Shown here: positions 59,281-64,000 of the stretch, one piece after another
Position numbering within the stretch: position 1 is the first letter of the stretch
Layout: each line of letters starts with the position of its first letter
DNA from: Candidatus Poribacteria bacterium
GTDB lineage: Bacteria; Poribacteria; WGA-4E; WGA-3G
Assembly (NCBI GenBank): GCA_965242965.1
Contig: OZ251518.1
Coordinates: forward strand, 2,816,001 to 2,880,000
DNA length: 64,000 nt
Direction: 5' to 3'
Position numbers and translations under genes: made by a program
The notes under the pieces: model-generated
Told to the model about the DNA's origin: nothing
Seen by the model: the letters and a program-made list of their open reading frames with translations, nothing else
Database searches by the model: none

Positions 59281-59296
59281 TGCAATTTCCGTGCCA
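59281..59296 (-). promoter_or_regulatory. Sigma-54 (-24/-12) promoter of dnaN-ftsZ
   Basis: TGGCACGGAAATTGCA, exact consensus; 5' UTR hairpin CTGCTGAG-N5-CTCAGCAG at 59231-59251. Confidence 0.85.
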
Positions 59297-59409
59297 ACTT
59301 CAAAACCTGCGTAGTTACGGGAGTTTCGCAATTGCGTAACGTAAAATTTTTGTCCCTAGTGGAAAGAATATTGCCATAGCGGCGTTCATTGTGCGCTGTC
59401 CCGTTCTTG

Positions 59410-59970
59410 CCGTAGGAGAGCCCTCCTGGTCTCGATGAGGTTCGTATCGGGACAAGGATGTCCTTCCTACCGGAATCCCTCGGGCCCACCTCTGTAGTTC
59501 GGGAGCGCCCGCTCCCGAACGGGTTAAGCGCGCGGCCGCCTCATCTACCGTAGCGCGGGGGCCTGTCCCCCGCGAGCGTTCGACCCGCGCGAAAAACACA
59601 CGCAAACCAACGCCGTTTCCCCAACCGACGCACGGCGAGGGACAGGCCCTCGCCCTACGGGGAAACGGAAACGGCCTTGCATACCGTAGCGCGGGGGCCT
59701 GTCCCCCGCGAGCGTTCACGTGCCCAGGACTGTAGTTCGGGAGCGCCTGCTCCCGAACGGTTCAGGAGCAGGTGCTCCTGAACTACAGGAGGGATGAGCG
59801 CGCGGCCGCCTCATCTACCGTAGCGCGGGGGCCTGTCCCCCGCGAGCGTTGGGGTGCGCGGGCATGAACGATGGCGAGGGACAGGCCCTCGCCCTACGGT
59901 GAAGTACCGTTTTTTATCGCAGCGCGGGAGCCTGTCACCGCAACGTTGAGCGAGTTATGAAACACCCTAA
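59410..59970. mobile_element. Composite REP cassette, right TIR only
   Basis: C, C-variant, D, B and A modules, then TTATGAAACACCCTAA followed by AATAAAA. Confidence 0.75.
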
Positions 59971-60053
59971 AATAAAATGCCTCTGGACAAATTCCGCGTT
60001 TGATGGTATCGTATCATGAAGACACGAAAATGAGAAAGGAGAAATGGCAAACC

Positions 60054-62108
60054 GTGCAAACACTCGCAATTCAGGACAAAACCTACACCAATTCAATAGG
60101 CATGCAGTTCGTGAGAATTGAGCCCGGCAGTTTTCTCATGGGCTCCGAGAACGCGCAACTCCCCGATGAATTAACCGATGGCAAGGCGCACCTCCGCGAT
60201 GGCGATTGGGACGAACATCCCGTGCATCAGGTGACACTCAGCACGCCGTTCTACATGGGCATCTTTCAGGTGACGAACGCGCAATATGAAGCGTTTGACC
60301 CGGGGCACCGGCACCTACGCGGGCTTCCCAATATAGGTTCGCAAACTGCGCCTGACATCGGTTTTTCACGAGAAGATGACGAGGCTGTCGTGTTTGTCAA
60401 CTGGCACGATGCTGTCCGCTTCTGCGAATGGCTCTCCAAACGCGAAGGGAAACCTTACCGGCTTCCGACAGAGGCGGAATGGGAATACGCCTGTCGCGCC
60501 GGCACAACGACGCACTTTTCTACCGGCGATACGCTTCCCGATGCCTTCCATAAAAACGTCGGGGAGAGTTGGTATCCCGATGCCGATAGGAGCCGCGGTG
60601 TTGAAGAAGTGGTGCCGCTGCACGTCGGGCAAACCCCACCGAATCCCTGGGGCCTCTACGATATGCACGGCAATGTAGAGGAATGGTGCCACGATTGGTA
60701 TGGTGCTTATGAAGCGCAGCCGCAGGAAAATCCCGTCGGCAGGGAGGATGGGCTCTATCGTGTCACGCGCGGGGGCAGTCATTCCACGCTGCTTTGCTAT
60801 CTCCGTTCGGCGAATCGGATGGGCGCGGTGCCAGAAGATAAGCATTGGTATATCGGGTTTCGCGTCGTCTGTGGCGCGATGCCGGACACGCCACCGCGCC
60901 GCGTGCCGAAAGTGGCGTTATGGGGACGGAATGTCAATCAAGAGGCACGTGTGGAAGCCGCGCCGCCGGTAGAAACCCCTTTCTTCGCCGAACCGCTCAC
61001 TTATGTGAAAATCCCTGCAGGTTCAAACGGCCCGCTTTTTTCAGCGCACAATCACGTGCCTTCAATCGTGGCGTGCCCGAACGGCGATATGTTCACAGCG
61101 TGGTATTCATGCGTGACAGAACGGGGACGCGAATTGACAGTGGCGGCGAGCCGGTTGCGCCACGGACAAAACGAATGGGAACCAGCAGAACCGTTTTGGG
61201 GAGCCCTCGACAGGAACAATCACGCCACGGCACTCTGGTGCAATGAAAATGGGCGCATCTATCATTTCAACGGGCTATCCGCAGCAGCGACGTGGGGGCC
61301 ACTAGCGTTAGTCATGCGCTATTCCGACGACAACAGCGCGACGTGGACGCGCCCGCGGCTCATCTCACCGGAACATCAGTTGCGGCAGATGCCGATTACG
61401 TCCGTTTTCCGCAGACAAGACAACTCCATCCTGCTCGCATGTGATGCTGTCAGCGGGGGCAACGGCGGCACCGCCATCTGGCTCAGCGAGGACGATGGTG
61501 AAACGTGGCGTGACCCGGGCGCAGGACAGCCTATCCCCGAATTTGCCGCAGGCAAGTGCGGCGCATGGATAGCCGGCATCCACGCCGCTGTCGTTGAATT
61601 GTCAGATGGCCGATTAATGGCTTACGGACGCGGCGATACGATTGGCGGCCGGATGCCGAAGAGTGTCTCTGCCGATGGCGGCAAGACGTGGCGTTATAGC
61701 GCGAGCCCTTTCCCGCCGCTCTCTGGGGGACAACGGTGCGTGCTACTCAGATTGAAGGAAGGCCCGGTCTTCCTCGCCTCTTTTACGGGAGAGCGGGGGA
61801 ACCCGGCGGCGATGCCGATTGTCGATGCATCGGGAAATGAACGTCCGGTGAAAGGGCTATTTGGCGCGCTATCTTTTGACGATGGCGAAACCTGGCCGCA
61901 CATCCGGCTCATCAGCGACGACGGGCCAGACAGGGGACTTGAAACGATGGATGGCAGGCCCTTTACGATGGGATTTAGCAGTGCTGAACTGGGCGGCTAC
62001 CTCGCCGTGTGCCAAGGCAAGGACGGCACTATTCACCTTATCAGCAGCCGACAACATTATCGGTTTAATCTGCCGTGGTTGCAGGAGTTGCCGCCAGCAG
62101 TCGTGTGA
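60054..62108 (+). CDS. FGE-sulfatase (SUMF1-fold) domain fused to a BNR/sialidase-like propeller (start 60030 or 60054)
   Basis: YRLPTEAEWEYACRAG, NPWGLYDMHGNVEEW, RGGS, IGFRV; Asp-boxes SDDNSATW, SEDDGETW, SADGGKTW, SFDDGETW. Confidence 0.88.
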   Translation: MQTLAIQDKTYTNSIGMQFVRIEPGSFLMGSENAQLPDELTDGKAHLRDGDWDEHPVHQVTLSTPFYMGIFQVTNAQYEAFDPGHRHLRGLPNIGSQTAPDIGFSREDDEAVVFVNWHDAVRFCEWLSKREGKPYRLPTEAEWEYACRAGTTTHFSTGDTLPDAFHKNVGESWYPDADRSRGVEEVVPLHVGQTPPNPWGLYDMHGNVEEWCHDWYGAYEAQPQENPVGREDGLYRVTRGGSHSTLLCYLRSANRMGAVPEDKHWYIGFRVVCGAMPDTPPRRVPKVALWGRNVNQEARVEAAPPVETPFFAEPLTYVKIPAGSNGPLFSAHNHVPSIVACPNGDMFTAWYSCVTERGRELTVAASRLRHGQNEWEPAEPFWGALDRNNHATALWCNENGRIYHFNGLSAAATWGPLALVMRYSDDNSATWTRPRLISPEHQLRQMPITSVFRRQDNSILLACDAVSGGNGGTAIWLSEDDGETWRDPGAGQPIPEFAAGKCGAWIAGIHAAVVELSDGRLMAYGRGDTIGGRMPKSVSADGGKTWRYSASPFPPLSGGQRCVLLRLKEGPVFLASFTGERGNPAAMPIVDASGNERPVKGLFGALSFDDGETWPHIRLISDDGPDRGLETMDGRPFTMGFSSAELGGYLAVCQGKDGTIHLISSRQHYRFNLPWLQELPPAVV

Positions 62109-62175
62109 TGCGCACGCGCGCTTGCACAAAAATCTGAAACGTGGTATCCTATGTGCATCAATCAAGGAGGAAAAA

Positions 62176-63270
62176 ATGAGAACGTTTGGGACGCGGGGCC
62201 CCGTGACACCTGAGCGGCACTACGTTGTCCCGCGCACAAGGGAGCTCGCCGATTTTATCTATCGCCTTAAAGACGGCCGTTACGTTGTCATCTTCGCACC
62301 GAGGCAGACAGGCAAGACAACGTTCTTCCGAACGGCACTAAAGAAGTTGACACTTGAAGAGCCCAGTTATTGTCCAATTGAGCTCAATTTTCAGGTTTAC
62401 AAAAACGTCGCGCCGGCTGCGTTCTATGCCCACCTCTGCCAAAACATGCGGGAGGAAATCGAGAAAGTTTTCCAAAAACGTCAAGAGGCTCTGCCGGACC
62501 CGTTACGCCGTTATTTAGAGGCGGTAAAACTGGCAGACCATCTGGCTATGTTAGATTTCTTTAAACGGCTTGGAGTTCTGCTCGCTCCTCGGCGGTTTGT
62601 CATTATCATTGACGAATTTGACGGCATCCCCTCTGCGATAGTGAGCGATTTTCTGTATTCGCTCCGCCAAACGTATCATATTGCCGAGGAGTCTCGCTGT
62701 CCCTTCAGCGTGGGCATCGTCGGGGTAAAGAATCTGACGCAACTCAACTACGATAGGAGTATCTCGCCGTTCAACATCCAAGATGAGTTCCACTTGCCGA
62801 ACTTCACCCTTGCCCAAGTGACAGAACTCCTTGGACAGTATACGGTGGAAGTCGGACAAACTTTTGCCGCCGAAGTCATTGAGACGCTATATCGGCAGAC
62901 AGCAGGACAGCCGTTCCTCGTCAACCGCCTCGCGCAGATACTCACCGAGGAGATGGACATTCCGAAAACGGAGCCGATTACCTTGGAGGACTTTGCCAAG
63001 GCTCACAAGGCGATTCTGGCGGAAGAGAACGTCAACTTTCACCATGTCACCACCAATATCCGCAAAGACTCGCGATTTGAGAGACTCCTGATGAAAGTTG
63101 CCACCTCTGAGCACGGTATCGACTTCAATCCCCACGATGAACTGATGCGGGAACTTCAAACCTACGGTGTCCTCACACGAGGGGCTGACGGGAAGTGTGA
63201 GATTGTCAACCCGATTTATCAGTATTGCATCATGCAGGCGTTCAAGCCTCCGATAAAGGGTGTTTCATAA
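62176..63270 (+). pseudogene. AAA-like (AAA_35-type) P-loop ATPase, probably 3'-truncated by a TIR cassette
   Basis: Promoter TTGCAC-N17-TATCCT at 62122-62150; AGGAGG RBS; APRQTGKTT, IIDEFD, SPFNI, GQPFLV; the stop TAA lies inside the TIR. Confidence 0.7.
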
Positions 63271-64000
63271 ATCGCTCAACGTCGCGGTGAAAAATGGGGA
63301 ATTGCCGTTAGGAGAGACCTCCTGGTCTCGATGTGCGTATCGGGACAAGGATGTCCCTCCTACCCGAAACGACGCACACCCGTAGGAGAGACCTCCTGGT
63401 CTCGATGCATTAGGTAGGAAAGCCCTCCCGGTCTTGATGCAATAGGGCGGCGCGCCTACCGAGGGCGCGGCGGCAGAAAGCCCCTTGAAAAAACGGTTCT
63501 TAGGTCCGTAGGCCCTTAATGTCTATAGCACGCACACCGCCAAGAACCCTAAGGTCCTTTAGGTCCTTAATAGATTTTGACACGCCGCGCGTGTTTTATT
63601 AAGGTGAGGGTGTTTCATAAATCTATCCCCCTTGGGGGCGGGCGAATGCCGAGCCCTCTGGCTCACCTCTGTAGTTCGGGATCGCCTGATCCCGAACAGG
63701 TCAAGATCAGGCGATCTTGACCTACAGGGGTGATGAACTCTGGCAGCAACACGCATGGCGAGGGACAGGCCCTCACCCTACGTGAAGGGGCGGCGTTTTT
63801 CCACCGTAGCGCGGGGACCTGTCCCCGCGACGTTGAACGATTTATGAAACATCCTCATTAAGGACCTAAAGGACCTTGAAAACGGCACGACACGTATTGC
63901 TATAGACATGTAGGTCCTAAAGGACCTAAAAACATAACTTGACGATGGATATCGCGGGGGACAGACAACCGTGCTACGGGAACATCGAGACCAGGAGGTC
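63255..64000. mobile_element. Composite REP cassette running off the window end
   Basis: AAAGGGTGTTTCATAAATCG followed by C-type, F-like, E and B modules. Confidence 0.75.
63605..63857. mobile_element. Core TIR cassette (253 bp) nested in an E module, with 6-bp target duplication TTAAGG
   Basis: TTAAGG-TGAGGGTGTTTCATAAATC...GATTTATGAAACATCCTCA-TTAAGG. Confidence 0.9.

Noticed and set aside
57065-59400. Replication origin or dcw cluster near dnaN/ftsZ
   Set aside because: There is no dnaA, recF, gyrB, ftsA or mur gene, and no cluster of DnaA boxes was seen.
60054-60880. Active formylglycine-generating enzyme for the sulfatase
   Set aside because: It lacks the catalytic two-cysteine motif after RGGS, so it is better read as a non-catalytic FGE-fold domain.
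1-64000. Autonomous transposase, RAYT, integrase, prophage, tRNA or rRNA
   Set aside because: No ORF with DDE, HUH or recombinase motifs and no structural RNA gene was recognised by eye; a covariance-model scan was not possible.

Overview
This is a bacterial chromosomal window with about 40 CDS and no rRNA, tRNA or CRISPR array detected. A LamG protein ending in a TTWxxLK tail, a dockerin relic, a WD40 protein, a sulfatase and an FGE-sialidase fusion suggest a Ca. Poribacteria-like genome (inference). Four things stand out. (1) One ORF fuses a full DNA sliding clamp (DnaN) to a tail-less FtsZ with an altered T7 loop. It sits behind a consensus sigma-54 promoter in a ~14 kb island that also holds two sensor-less sigma-54 activators and a family of paralogous exported helical proteins. 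(2) Both DNA methyltransferase/restriction genes are split by a poly-G tract that is one G short of frame, which suggests phase variation. (3) Most long intergenic gaps are filled with modular GTAG-anchored REP-like hairpins of several co-varying classes. Many are packaged between TGAGGGTGTTTCATAAATC-type inverted repeats, some with 6-7 bp target duplications. One cassette is nested inside another repeat, and several hairpins sit in frame inside genes. (4) A two-gene module (PD-(D/E)XK-like protein plus SAM methyltransferase) is tandemly duplicated. All calls come from reading motifs by eye; no database searches were run.
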